A DNA stretch of 64,000 nt from Thermoplasmata archaeon (GCA_028864975.1 JAGWLG010000004.1:82192-146191); one strand, 5' to 3'; positions 9,575 through 18,350 are shown, counted from the first letter of the stretch. Numbers and translations are program-made. The notes: generated from the letters alone by a model not told the origin.

Positions 9575-11638
9575 ATGCGGTGTTCCCAGCGTGGACTCGG
9601 GCGCCTCCCTATCCGACCCACGACGGTATCACGTTCCTCCGGGCGGTCTCGCGTCGCCGCGGGGGTGGGGGCACTGGTCGTCCTCACGGTCCTGGGGCTC
9701 GCGGGCCTCGCTGCCCCGCACCCCGCCACGTCGCTCCATGCCACCTCCGCGGCCTCTTCGTCCAGCCCCACGGGCGCCGCCTCCTCCCTCTCCTTCCCCT
9801 ACCAGCCGCTCCCGCAAGCGGTGAGCTCGTCCTATCGAAGCGGCCCGGGCGCGTTCTCGACGAGCCCGCCTCCGCTCCTGCCGCGGCAGTTCCGTAGCTC
9901 GTACGGCGTGGACGCCTTGTTGAACGCGAGCGGGGTCTCGAGGTTCCCGGTCAACGAGACGATCGCGGTCGTCGCGTGGGGGTATGGCTACGACCCCTCC
10001 GACCTCTCCACCTTCTTTGGCACCTACTACCCCTCGAACTTTCCCGTTCCGAAGGTGATCCCGGTCCCTATCGACGGGGCACCGCCGCCGGGGGTCAATG
10101 CCCCGAACGATCCCTCGGGCGGTTCGCAGGAGCTCACCATCGACATCGAGTGGGCCTCCTCGATGGCCCCCGGGGCGACGATCTACGCCATCTACGCCCC
10201 GCCGACGAACAGCACCCCCTACAGCCCCACCGACGCGGCCATCGAGGACGCGCTGCACTACGCCGTCGCGATGGGGAACCTTACGGCGCTCTCGATGTCG
10301 TTCGGAGAGGCCCAAGGCTCGGACCCGTCGCTCGAGAGCGCGATGAACACGGACTTCGCTTCGCTCATCAAGAACGGGACGACGGTCCTCTCCTCCTCGG
10401 GGGACGACGGGGGCTCTCCCAACTCTCCGCTCTCGGGCCCGTGCTCGCGGGGGCCCGGGGTCGACTTCCCCGCCGCGAGCCCGTACGTCCTCGCGGTGGG
10501 GGGCACGGATGCCACGGGAGGGGGGACCGAAACGACGTGGGTGTTCAGCGGTGGAGGCTCGGCCTCGAGCTCGGCCAACGACCCCGCTCCCAGCTGGCAG
10601 ACGATGGGCAGTGCGGGAAGCCTCGCCGCCCGCACGGGGACCCGCGGGGTCCCCGACGTCAGTGCGAACGCGAACGACAGCGGCTTCTACTTCAATTCCC
10701 GCCTCTCGGCCGGGATGGGGACCAGCTTCTCCTCGCCCCTCTGGGCCGGGGTCGTCGCCGACCTGGCGAGCGCCGACCATGCGACCTTCGGTCTGCTCGA
10801 CAGCAAGCTCTACGCCTTGGGGGCGATCCGTGAAGCGACCGGGATCGGCCTCGCGCCCTTTACCGACATCACGCACGGGGCGAACTGCTACGAGCCCGCC
10901 CGACCGGGATGGGACCCCGTGACCGGTTGGGGGACCCCCAACGCCTTGGCGCTCGCCCAGCTCCTGCAGGGGACGACCTTCACCCAGCTCGGGCTCTCCT
11001 TCCAGCCCTCCCAGGGCGTCTCCGCGGGGGCCACGGTCACCGCATCGGTCACGGACCCGACCGGGGCCCCAGCCGCGCTCGCAGGGCGGCCCCTGACGGT
11101 GAGCCTCCTCGACCCCTCGAACGATTCGTGGGCCCTCCGGATCTCGGGCATCCTACCCGCTGCGGGCGCGGTCCCCTGGACCGGGACGTTCGCCTTCCCT
11201 TCCGGGCTCACGGGGAGATGGACGAACGCGACCGTGGTCGTCGAGAACGGGTCGAACTGGGGCGTCGCGAGCGCGGCGTTCGCGCCACCGCCGCGCGGAG
11301 CGCCCCCGGGGCCTTCCGTCTGGGAGCTCCTGATCGACTACCAGCTCCCGCTGCTCGCCGGGTTCATGATCCTCCTCCTCGCGTTCCGCTTCCTGGGCGA
11401 CCGGCACCGCTCCATCCTGAAGGGCCCTTCTCCCCGGGAGCTGTCGGGCGAAGCGTGCCCGCCCCCCGCGAAGGGAGACGCGGGGCGGACCCCCGCTTCG
11501 AGCCCCGGCCCCGCCTCGGTCTCCGCCCCACCCACGGCCAGGTACGGCGAGGTGCTGACGCCCTTCTGCTGGAAGTGCGGGACGACGCTCAAAGGTAACG
11601 AGGCGCGGTGTCCGTCGTGCGGCACGCAGTTCTCTTGA
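9575..11638 (+). CDS. Second membrane-anchored S53 peptidase, apparently without prodomain, with C-terminal zinc ribbon
   Basis: ELTID, SSGDDG, GTSFSSP, GWDPVTGWGTP; TM LPLLAGFMILLLAFRF; terminal CWKC..CPSC. Confidence 0.9.
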   Translation: MRCSQRGLGRLPIRPTTVSRSSGRSRVAAGVGALVVLTVLGLAGLAAPHPATSLHATSAASSSSPTGAASSLSFPYQPLPQAVSSSYRSGPGAFSTSPPPLLPRQFRSSYGVDALLNASGVSRFPVNETIAVVAWGYGYDPSDLSTFFGTYYPSNFPVPKVIPVPIDGAPPPGVNAPNDPSGGSQELTIDIEWASSMAPGATIYAIYAPPTNSTPYSPTDAAIEDALHYAVAMGNLTALSMSFGEAQGSDPSLESAMNTDFASLIKNGTTVLSSSGDDGGSPNSPLSGPCSRGPGVDFPAASPYVLAVGGTDATGGGTETTWVFSGGGSASSSANDPAPSWQTMGSAGSLAARTGTRGVPDVSANANDSGFYFNSRLSAGMGTSFSSPLWAGVVADLASADHATFGLLDSKLYALGAIREATGIGLAPFTDITHGANCYEPARPGWDPVTGWGTPNALALAQLLQGTTFTQLGLSFQPSQGVSAGATVTASVTDPTGAPAALAGRPLTVSLLDPSNDSWALRISGILPAAGAVPWTGTFAFPSGLTGRWTNATVVVENGSNWGVASAAFAPPPRGAPPGPSVWELLIDYQLPLLAGFMILLLAFRFLGDRHRSILKGPSPRELSGEACPPPAKGDAGRTPASSPGPASVSAPPTARYGEVLTPFCWKCGTTLKGNEARCPSCGTQFS

Positions 11639-11703
11639 ACGCTCCCTGTTGAACGCACGTGCGTGCATTCCCCTTATCTTCCGGCACCCTCCTCTCCCGC
11701 GCC

Positions 11704-13239
11704 GTGGCCGCGCCCGAGCCCGGGTCGCCGTCGGTGGGCGACCTCACCCTGACCCTCTCCCCGCCCGAGGTCCGCCTGCTGAAGGTGCTGAAGAGCTCGC
11801 CCTCGGGCAAGGCCGTCCCGGAGGAGGAGGTCGCGCAGAGGTCCGAGCTCTCTCCCGACGCCACGCGTGGCGGGCTGGAGCGGTTGCGGAGCAAGAGGCT
11901 GACCGTTCTCGAGGAAAGGAGCGAGGAGCGGTGGACCCTGACGTCGCTTGGGAACTCGGTGGTCAAGGACGGGCTGCCGGAACGTCGCGTGCTGACCGTG
12001 CTCGCGGCGAAGGGGCCGCTCGCCCCCTCGGAGATCCCGGACGCGGCCCTCCCCGTCGCGATCCGCCCCGAGGAGGTCACGATCGCCATCGGTCCGCTGC
12101 GGCGCCAAGGTCGTATCGTCATGGGCGAGAAGCTCTCGGTCGTTATCGAGTATCTGGGAAACGCTCTCGAACTCGAGGGAGCCCTTCAGACCCTTGCGGC
12201 GGGCGGCACCGTCTCCGAGGACAAGGTCCTCAAGGAGCTCGCACGGCGAGGGGTCCTTTCGAGGTCCCCCGAACGCCACCGGGCATGGAAGCTCTCCCCC
12301 GAAGGGCTCGCGCTCCCGCTGGAGGAGACCTCGACGAGCCTCGGCGCCATCACCCCCTCGTTGCTCAAGAGCCGGGCCTGGGCGAAGGGCTCGTTCCGTC
12401 CGTACGACGTGCGGGCCCAGGTGCCTCACCTGGGCGGGTCGCGCCGCCACCTCTACCGGGAGTGGCTTCGACAGGTGGAGGAGGTCCTGGTGGGGCTCGG
12501 GTTCGAGGAGTTCCGGGGCCCTCTCGTGGAGCTCGAGTTCTACAACAACGACCTGCTCTTCATGCCTCAGGAGCACCCCGCTCGCTCGATGCACGACATG
12601 TTCTTCGTCGAGGGGGTGGAGGGGCATGGACTCCCGCCTCGCCTCCTGCGTTCGGTCGCGGCGGTGCACGAGGGTCGGGCCCTCCCTCGCCAGGGCGCGC
12701 CCCTCTCCTCGGGCTGGCAGACCCCTTATGGGGAGGAGGTGGCGCGACGAGTGGTCCTGAGGAGCCAGACCACCGCGGCGACGATGCGCTACCTCGCTTC
12801 CCATCCGAAGCCCCCCTTCCGCATGTACTCGCTCGACGCGGTCTTCCGCTACGACCAATTGGACGCGACGCACCTGATCCAGTTCGACCAGTGCGAGGGG
12901 GCCGTGGGGAAGAGCGGGCTCACCTTCCGCCACTTGCTCGGGTTGCTGACGCAGTTCGCGAAAGCGCTCGGGATCCCGGAGGTCAAGTTCCAGCCGACCT
13001 ACTTCCCGTTCACGGAGCCCTCGGTCCAGGGGTTCGTTCGACATCCCACGCTGGGCTGGGTGGAGATGATGCCGGGAGGCATGTTCCGCCCGGAGGTGCT
13101 GAGGCCGCTCGGCATCAAGGTCCCCGTTGCCGCCTGGGGGATCGGGATCGGCCGGCTCGCCATGGTGGCGCTAGGGCTCAGCGACATCCGCGACCTTTTC
13201 ATGGACGACCTTCCCCGCCTGTCCAAGGCGAGGGTGTGA
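11704..13239 (+). CDS. pheS: Phenylalanine-tRNA ligase alpha subunit (archaeal type)
   Basis: N-terminal winged helices; FYNNDLLFMPQEHPARSMHD, LRSQTTA, DATHLIQFDQCEG, YFPFTEPS, AWGIGIGRLAM. Start moved to GTG 11704 because a CCTTATCT promoter box lies at 11672. Confidence 0.97.
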   Translation: MAAPEPGSPSVGDLTLTLSPPEVRLLKVLKSSPSGKAVPEEEVAQRSELSPDATRGGLERLRSKRLTVLEERSEERWTLTSLGNSVVKDGLPERRVLTVLAAKGPLAPSEIPDAALPVAIRPEEVTIAIGPLRRQGRIVMGEKLSVVIEYLGNALELEGALQTLAAGGTVSEDKVLKELARRGVLSRSPERHRAWKLSPEGLALPLEETSTSLGAITPSLLKSRAWAKGSFRPYDVRAQVPHLGGSRRHLYREWLRQVEEVLVGLGFEEFRGPLVELEFYNNDLLFMPQEHPARSMHDMFFVEGVEGHGLPPRLLRSVAAVHEGRALPRQGAPLSSGWQTPYGEEVARRVVLRSQTTAATMRYLASHPKPPFRMYSLDAVFRYDQLDATHLIQFDQCEGAVGKSGLTFRHLLGLLTQFAKALGIPEVKFQPTYFPFTEPSVQGFVRHPTLGWVEMMPGGMFRPEVLRPLGIKVPVAAWGIGIGRLAMVALGLSDIRDLFMDDLPRLSKARV

Positions 13240-13257
13240 CGCGGGCGGGTCAGGTCC

Positions 13258-14955
13258 ATGCCACGTTCCACTCTCTCGACCGAGCGGTTGTTCGGTCTCC
13301 TGGGTCAGCAGCTCTCGGAGTCCGAGCTTCGCGAGACCCTTTTCCGCACGAAGGTCGAGATCGAGTCGCTTAAGGACGGGCTGGTCGAGGTCGAGGTCAA
13401 CGCCGACCGCCTGGACCTTCTCGACGAGGGAGGGCTCGCGCTCGAGCTCCAGGGCGCGATGGGAAAGGCGACGGGGCCGGTCCTCCGCGTGGATGGGGAA
13501 GCGCTCCCCGGGGTCGAGGCGCGGGTGAACGCCTCGGTGGCCCCGCTGCGACCCGAGCTCTCGATGGCGGTGGTCGAAGCTCCCCCAGGGAAGGCCCTGG
13601 ACGAAGGGCTCCTCGAGGAGCTCGTTCGCTACCAGGAACTCCTCCATGCGACGCTCGGTCGGCTCCGTCAGGCGGCGAGCATCGGGCTCTACCCGATCGA
13701 GAAGCTTCGCCCTCCGTTCCACTATGCGATGGAGCCCCTGGGCCAGGTCCGCTTCGTGCCTCTCGGGGGAACCACGGAGGTCTCCGGAGAGGCGTTCTAT
13801 CCGGAGCACGCGATGGCCCGGGAGTTCGGGGTCCTTGGGCGGCGGGAGGACCTGGCCCTCACCTTGAGGGACGACGCGCGCACGGTCCTCTCGCTTCCTC
13901 CGGTCCTGAATGCGGCGGGGGCGGGCGAGGTCCGACCCGGCGACCGGCGCGTCCTCATCGAAGCGACCGGGACACGTGCCGCGCGCACGCGGGAGATGGT
14001 GGGATACATGCTGCTGCCCTTCGCCGCCCGCGGCTGGTCCGTCCATCCGGTCCCTGTGCACCGTCCCAGCGGAATGTCTGACGGGACCGAGGTCGTCCGA
14101 CCTCGCAAGGTGCAGGTCCAACCGACGCTCATCTCTCGTCTCCTAGGCTCGCGTCTCTCCTCCGGAGAGGTAGAGGACGCGCTGCAGAAGTCGCGTCTCG
14201 GGGTCGAACGCGTCTCCGGGAGCCTGCTCGCGCTGGTCCCTCCATGGCGCGCGGACATCCTGGCGCCGGTGGACCTCGCGGAGGAAGTGGCGATCGCTCG
14301 AGGGTACGGAAGCTTCGCTCCAATCCTCCCTCCCGCGGTGACCATGGGGCGTCGGCGTCCCGAGCGACGGTACGAATCGCGGTTGGCGGAGGTCCTCCTA
14401 GGGATGGGATATCAGGAGCTCCACACACCCGTGCTCCTCTCCCAGTCCTCCGTCGAGCGGGTCTGCGCTCCAGGAGAGGCGCTCTTCCTGCGCAACCCCA
14501 TCTCCTCGGAGCTCACCCATCTGCGTCCGGTCCTCCGTGCAAGCCTGCTGGATGCCCTCGGACGGAACACGGGGTCGGGATACCCGCAGAAGATCTTCGA
14601 GATCGGTCCGGTCATCGTCCGGGACCCGGAGGGCGAGACGGGGACCCGCACCGAGACCCATCTCGCGCTGGCCGACGCGGGGGAGGGCGCAGGGTTCGCC
14701 CTCGCCGCCGGGGTGGCCGAGCGGCTCTTCGAGGTCCTGGGTTTCAACTCGCCCCGCGAGCCGGCCGAGGCAAGCGGTACGGTCCCGGGTCGCGTCGCGA
14801 AGCTGCGGATAGCCGGGGAGAGGGTCGCCCTGGCGGGGGAAGTGCACCCCGGGGTCCTGGCCGACCTCCACGTGCCGATGCCCGTGAGCTGGGTCGAGGT
14901 GGAATTGACGCGCCTGGAGCAGCTCCGCGGTGTTCTCCCGACTCCCGGCGCGTAG
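13258..14955 (+). CDS. pheT: Phenylalanine-tRNA ligase beta subunit (archaeal type)
   Basis: VNADRLDLL, YQELLHATLGR, PPWRADILAPVDLAEEVAIARGY, NPISSELTHLR; directly after pheS. Confidence 0.96.
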   Translation: MPRSTLSTERLFGLLGQQLSESELRETLFRTKVEIESLKDGLVEVEVNADRLDLLDEGGLALELQGAMGKATGPVLRVDGEALPGVEARVNASVAPLRPELSMAVVEAPPGKALDEGLLEELVRYQELLHATLGRLRQAASIGLYPIEKLRPPFHYAMEPLGQVRFVPLGGTTEVSGEAFYPEHAMAREFGVLGRREDLALTLRDDARTVLSLPPVLNAAGAGEVRPGDRRVLIEATGTRAARTREMVGYMLLPFAARGWSVHPVPVHRPSGMSDGTEVVRPRKVQVQPTLISRLLGSRLSSGEVEDALQKSRLGVERVSGSLLALVPPWRADILAPVDLAEEVAIARGYGSFAPILPPAVTMGRRRPERRYESRLAEVLLGMGYQELHTPVLLSQSSVERVCAPGEALFLRNPISSELTHLRPVLRASLLDALGRNTGSGYPQKIFEIGPVIVRDPEGETGTRTETHLALADAGEGAGFALAAGVAERLFEVLGFNSPREPAEASGTVPGRVAKLRIAGERVALAGEVHPGVLADLHVPMPVSWVEVELTRLEQLRGVLPTPGA

Positions 14956-15021
14956 GGTGCGGGCCGTGCGGCGGGCATCTTCAGGGGGTTGGTGCACGCG
15001 AGTCCCTCCTGGACCTCCCTC

Positions 15022-15062
15022 GCGCCCTTTCCTCGGTCCGCGAAGATTCCCTTCACGGATCC
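15022..15062 (+). repeat. Cassette-boundary-like repeat R0 (41 bp, leader plus hairpin)
   Basis: GCGCCCTTTCCTCGGTCCGCGAAGATTCCCTTCACGGATCC; 32/41 identical to R1, with a compensatory A-T for G-C pair in the stem. Confidence 0.8.
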
Positions 15063-15229
15063 TTCTAGCTCTCCCGTCCACCTGGATCTGGCCCGGTTCG
15101 GATGGAACGGGCGTAGGCGACCTGGAGTCGTCTCCCCCCTCGGACCTGCTCCGTGCGGAGGCGACGGGTCGCCATGCGTGACGCGGGCATGGAAGCCCTA
15201 TGGACACCATGCGCTACCTAGGGAATTGG

Positions 15230-15241
15230 AAATGCTCATTT
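15230..15241. promoter_or_regulatory. Palindromic operator candidate upstream of AbrB antitoxin 1
   Basis: AAATG-CT-CATTT in an AT-rich stretch ~25 bp before GTG 15264. Confidence 0.4.
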
Positions 15242-15263
15242 TTTTGGAGAAACCACCGAGGCC

Positions 15264-15500
15264 GTGGCGGCACCGTCGAAGGTCTCGAAGGGGAATCTGA
15301 CCGTCGTTCCGAAGGACGTTCGTGCGGCCACGGGCATCCACGAGGGTGACATCCTAACTTGGAAGCTGGAGGATGGGAAACTCTTGGTAGAACGACGGCG
15401 ACCACGGACGCTGAACGACATCATCGGTATCGCCCCGCACGGGGGCGATGCTGTCGAGCCCAAGCGAGCAGTTCAGAGGACAGGCCACGCCCTTCGGTGA
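15264..15500 (+). CDS. AbrB/MazE/SpoVT family antitoxin (VapB-like)
   Basis: SKVSKGNLTVVPKDVRAATGIHEGDILTW swapped-hairpin signature; overlaps PIN gene. Confidence 0.88.
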   Translation: MAAPSKVSKGNLTVVPKDVRAATGIHEGDILTWKLEDGKLLVERRRPRTLNDIIGIAPHGGDAVEPKRAVQRTGHALR

Positions 15501-15873
15501 CACATCCTATTTCATTGCCCCGACGGACCCAAGGGATCAGTGGCGCTCCAGGGCGGTCAAGGTCGCTGAGAGGGACCGGGGGAGGCTCAAGGTAACAGAG
15601 TTGGTCATGTCGGAGTCGATCACTACGGTCGGAGCGCACTGTGGGGCGAAGCCTGCCCGTCAGCTGTACGAGTTCTTCTTGGATTCCACGGAGATTCTGT
15701 ACACCACCCCCGACGTCTTCGACGAAGCCATGGACGATCACACGAGATTCGACGGGGCCCTCTCGGTTTCGGATGGTGTAACCGTCGTTGGAATGGCACG
15801 GTCGAAAGACCTCTACGTCGTCTCGTTTGGTTCTGACTTCGATAAGGTTCGGGGGATCCATCGGACCTCCTGA
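15487..15873 (+). CDS. vapC: PIN-domain VapC toxin, possibly attenuated or inactive
   Basis: PFGDTSYFIA, SESIT, SVSDGVTV, VSFGSDF. Expected ATG at 15487 reads ACG, and the usual FD.DF aspartate is Gly. Confidence 0.75.
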   Translation, partial: TPFGDTSYFIAPTDPRDQWRSRAVKVAERDRGRLKVTELVMSESITTVGAHCGAKPARQLYEFFLDSTEILYTTPDVFDEAMDDHTRFDGALSVSDGVTVVGMARSKDLYVVSFGSDFDKVRGIHRTS

Positions 15874-15878
15874 ACCTC

Positions 15879-15919
15879 GCGCCCTCTCCTCGCTCGGTGA
15901 GGACGCTCCTCACGGATCC
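15879..15919 (+). repeat. Repeat R1 (41 bp)
   Basis: GCGCCCTCTCCTCGCTCGGTGAGGACGCTCCTCACGGATCC; stem GTGAGGA/TCCTCAC; 35/41 identical to R2. Confidence 0.88.
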
Positions 15920-15968
15920 AGAATCCATCGCTCCGACCAGCGAGACTTCCGAATCGAGGCGTGAGGGA

Positions 15969-16286
15969 TCATGCTTGGGAGGAAAGGTAGCGCCCATCCG
16001 GAGGATGTAGACTGTGGAGGTCGACGTAAACGGTCTCGTGCGGTCCGAAGATGATGAACACCACTTCCATCCCATCCATGGCATACATCGCTCGCCACTC
16101 CTTGCCCCTGCACAGCGCCCAGACGTTCTGGTATCCCCAGAGTTGATGGATGTTCACCGTGGGAGTCCGGGTCCGAGGATCCTGAGCAAGGACGTCGAAA
16201 CGGTCGTTGAAGTAGTTCCGCACGACTCGAGGCAAGCGGTCGAAGCTCTGCCCCGCGATGGGCCGGGCGAACCGCACCCGAGACAT
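15969..16286 (-). CDS. RelE/ParE-superfamily-like toxin
   Basis: 105 aa: FDRLPRVVRNYF..LAQDPR..IHQLWG..WRAMY..VFIIFGPHETVY follows the RelE/YoeB pattern; TGATG overlap with the upstream gene. Confidence 0.7.
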   Translation of the reverse strand: MSRVRFARPIAGQSFDRLPRVVRNYFNDRFDVLAQDPRTRTPTVNIHQLWGYQNVWALCRGKEWRAMYAMDGMEVVFIIFGPHETVYVDLHSLHPPDGRYLSSQA

Positions 16287-16522
16287 CAGCGAGACCGCTT
16301 CGGTGCGGTCAGTCCTCGTGACTGGCGGAACTCCTCCAGAGACTCCTGGGGGAGAGCGAGGGCCCATTGGAGATCCCGACGGAAGTAGTCCGGCGGGATC
16401 TCGTCCATGAACTCCTCGATCACCTCAGCGGGGGTCTTTCCGGCGATCTGGTAATCGAGGAGGCGTCGCCGAACGGAAACCGGGAGGCTGATGGTCGTTG
16501 GGCGCTCGCTGGAGGTGGGCAT
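16286..16522 (-). CDS. Ribbon-helix-helix-like antitoxin
   Basis: PTTISLPVSVRRRLLDYQIAGKTPAEVIEEFMD; stop overlaps the toxin start. Confidence 0.72.
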   Translation of the reverse strand: MPTSSERPTTISLPVSVRRRLLDYQIAGKTPAEVIEEFMDEIPPDYFRRDLQWALALPQESLEEFRQSRGLTAPKRSR

Positions 16523-16528
16523 GGGGAA

Positions 16529-16563
16529 CTCATGAAGTGCATGAGATATATGGCTTACATGAG
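16529..16563. promoter_or_regulatory. Operator/promoter of the RHH-RelE module
   Basis: CTCATG-N5-CATGAG inverted repeat (16529-16545), ATATAT box (16546-16551) and a third CATGAG at 16558. Confidence 0.55.
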
Positions 16564-16582
16564 GCGCTTCAAAGAGCTTGTG

Positions 16583-16623
16583 GCGCCCTCTCCCCCGTCC
16601 GTGAGGAGGCTCCTCACGAATCC
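16583..16623 (+). repeat. Repeat R2 (41 bp)
   Basis: GCGCCCTCTCCCCCGTCCGTGAGGAGGCTCCTCACGAATCC; 8-bp stem CGTGAGGA/TCCTCACG. Confidence 0.88.
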
Positions 16624-16796
16624 CCGTTTCGGCCATTGCCCCCGACCTACGGCCCGGAGGTGGAGGCCCGTGCCACGCATCGGATCTCTTTCCTGCGGCG
16701 CCCCCGGCCATGGGCCCTTCGTCCTCCCGGGACCGTCTCACACGTTGCGAACCACGGGGGGTCTCTCGCCGCGAGGCACCCTTCCGTGCAGCGGAG

Positions 16797-16824
16797 GGAA
16801 GTAATGCTTATTAGTAAGACTTCC
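16797..16824. promoter_or_regulatory. Operator/TATA region of AbrB antitoxin 2
   Basis: GGAAGT..ACTTCC inverted repeat enclosing CTTA-TTAG-TAAG, ~20 bp before ATG 16844. Confidence 0.5.
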
Positions 16825-16843
16825 ATCCTAACGCCGGGTTACC

Positions 16844-17092
16844 ATGAGTGCGGTTGGGGTCGGGTCCGTCACCACCAAGGGGCAGGTGACGATCCCCAAG
16901 GAGATTCGGGATGCGCTGGACCTTCACCCGGGGGACAAGGTCGTTTTCGACCTCGAGGGACGCGCTGCCCGGGTCCAGAAGGTCGGCGAGGAGAAGCTGA
17001 GCGACATCCTTGCCCGGATGGGACCCCTGGGTGAAGACGCGGTATCCTTCCAGAGGAGGCTGAGACATGAGTGGAATCAGCGCTCTCCTTGA
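16844..17092 (+). CDS. AbrB/MazE/SpoVT family antitoxin
   Basis: SVTTKGQVTIPKEIRDALDLHPGDKVVF. Confidence 0.92.
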   Translation: MSAVGVGSVTTKGQVTIPKEIRDALDLHPGDKVVFDLEGRAARVQKVGEEKLSDILARMGPLGEDAVSFQRRLRHEWNQRSP

Positions 17093-17516
17093 CACGAACG
17101 TGTTCATCGCCGCCCGGAGTCCTGATGAGCGGCACTACCTGACGAGCAAGGCCGTGCTCGACGGTGCGGACGAGGGCCGGTTCACCGCGGTCATCTCGAC
17201 GGTGACCCTGATCGAGGTTGGCGTGGGGTACCTGAGGGCGGGCACCGCCGAGTTGCGGAAGCAGTTCATGCATCATGTCCAGACCTCACCCAACTTCCGG
17301 GTCGTACCGGTCGATGTCGCGGTGGCGGATGCAGCGGCCATCGTTCGCCACGAGTCGTCCCTCAAGCTGCCCGATGCTGTCCTGGTGGCTACCGCGAGAC
17401 AGGAACAGGCGAGCTGGCTCGTGACCCACGACGACCGGATCTCCAAGCTCGTGAAGAATCCAGGCGTGATCTCGACCGACCGGTTCCTGAGAGAGATCTC
17501 ATCCCACCCCCGGTGA
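17067..17516 (+). CDS. vapC: PIN-domain VapC toxin
   Basis: LDTNVFI, TLIEV, LPDAVLVATA, LVTHDD: all four acidic positions present. Confidence 0.92.
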   Translation: MSGISALLDTNVFIAARSPDERHYLTSKAVLDGADEGRFTAVISTVTLIEVGVGYLRAGTAELRKQFMHHVQTSPNFRVVPVDVAVADAAAIVRHESSLKLPDAVLVATARQEQASWLVTHDDRISKLVKNPGVISTDRFLREISSHPR

Positions 17517-17559
17517 ACGAGCGGCTGAAGCAGTTCCAAGGAGAGCCATGGGGACCCCA

Positions 17560-17599
17560 GCGCCCGCTCCTCTCTACGCGACGAGCAGTCGCGTAGTCC
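17560..17599 (+). repeat. Repeat R3 (40 bp, diverged)
   Basis: GCGCCCGCTCCTCTCTACGCGACGAGCAGTCGCGTAGTCC; same leader and TCC end, perfect 8-bp stem TACGCGAC/GTCGCGTA. Confidence 0.7.
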
Positions 17600-17719
17600 G
17601 ATTCGGCTGCACTCCGCTACGACCATGGCGGGGCCAAGGTCGAGGTCAGCCCTCCGAGACAGCCCCCCTTCAGGGGACGCCCCGAGTGGGCAGGACGTCC
17701 AGTCGAGGGCGGGCGGGTG

Positions 17720-18350
17720 CCCGGGTGCACCGGTGGCAAGTGTTGGGCCTGGGGCTCGCTGGCGGTGAGGCACGTCTACGGTGGGGACGCGAACTACGAA
17801 CTCGCCCCGTCCTACCACAGGTGCCGGCGGCGCGACCATGCCTCCCCTCGTCCCAGCCGGACCGGAGCGCCATCCCGAAGGCCGCGCGAGAAACGATGCG
17901 CGAGCACGACACGCTTCTCGCGGAGCGGGACCGGGCTCGGGACGGGAGGTTCCTGATCTTCAGCACCGACCTCTCCCTGAACGGCTCGGAGATGTACGAG
18001 ACCTACTTCGCGAGTGACGGGATCGAGAAGGTCTTCCGAACGGGCAAGGGCGAGCTTCACCTGGAGCCCATCCGAAAGCAACGGTTGGACCGGATGTACG
18101 CGAGCGCCACGATCCTCTTCACGGCGTGGCTGCTCTGGAGCTGGACGGAGCGGACCCTGAAGCGGAAACTCCCGAAGATGAGCCTCGCCGAGGCGCTGAG
18201 GCTCCTCGAAAAAGAGCCACGGGTGAGGACAGGCGCGGGAAAATCGGTCCGGGAAGGGGTTCCCCGCCTCTCGGGCAAGCAGGACGAGGTCCTCACCGCC
18301 GTCGGGGCGACACGCTACCTGCCTGTGGTGTAAGGCTCACGGAACCCAGG
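17720..18350 (+). mobile_element. Truncated, frameshifted IS1634-like (IS4 superfamily) DDE transposase remnant
   Basis: C-terminal motif GRFLIFSTDLSL..YETYFASDGIEKVFRTGKGELHLEPIR; no N-terminal half; stop at 18333 followed by GGAACCCAGG, a possible right end. Confidence 0.7.

Noticed and set aside
15022-17599. CRISPR array interpretation of R0-R3
   Set aside because: The spacers are 660-940 bp and gene-containing, the repeats are too divergent, and no cas genes are present.
15022-17599. Classical integron attC or Xer dif sites
   Set aside because: No GTTRRRY/RYYYAAC cores, no AT-rich 11-6-11 structure, and no integrase in the window.
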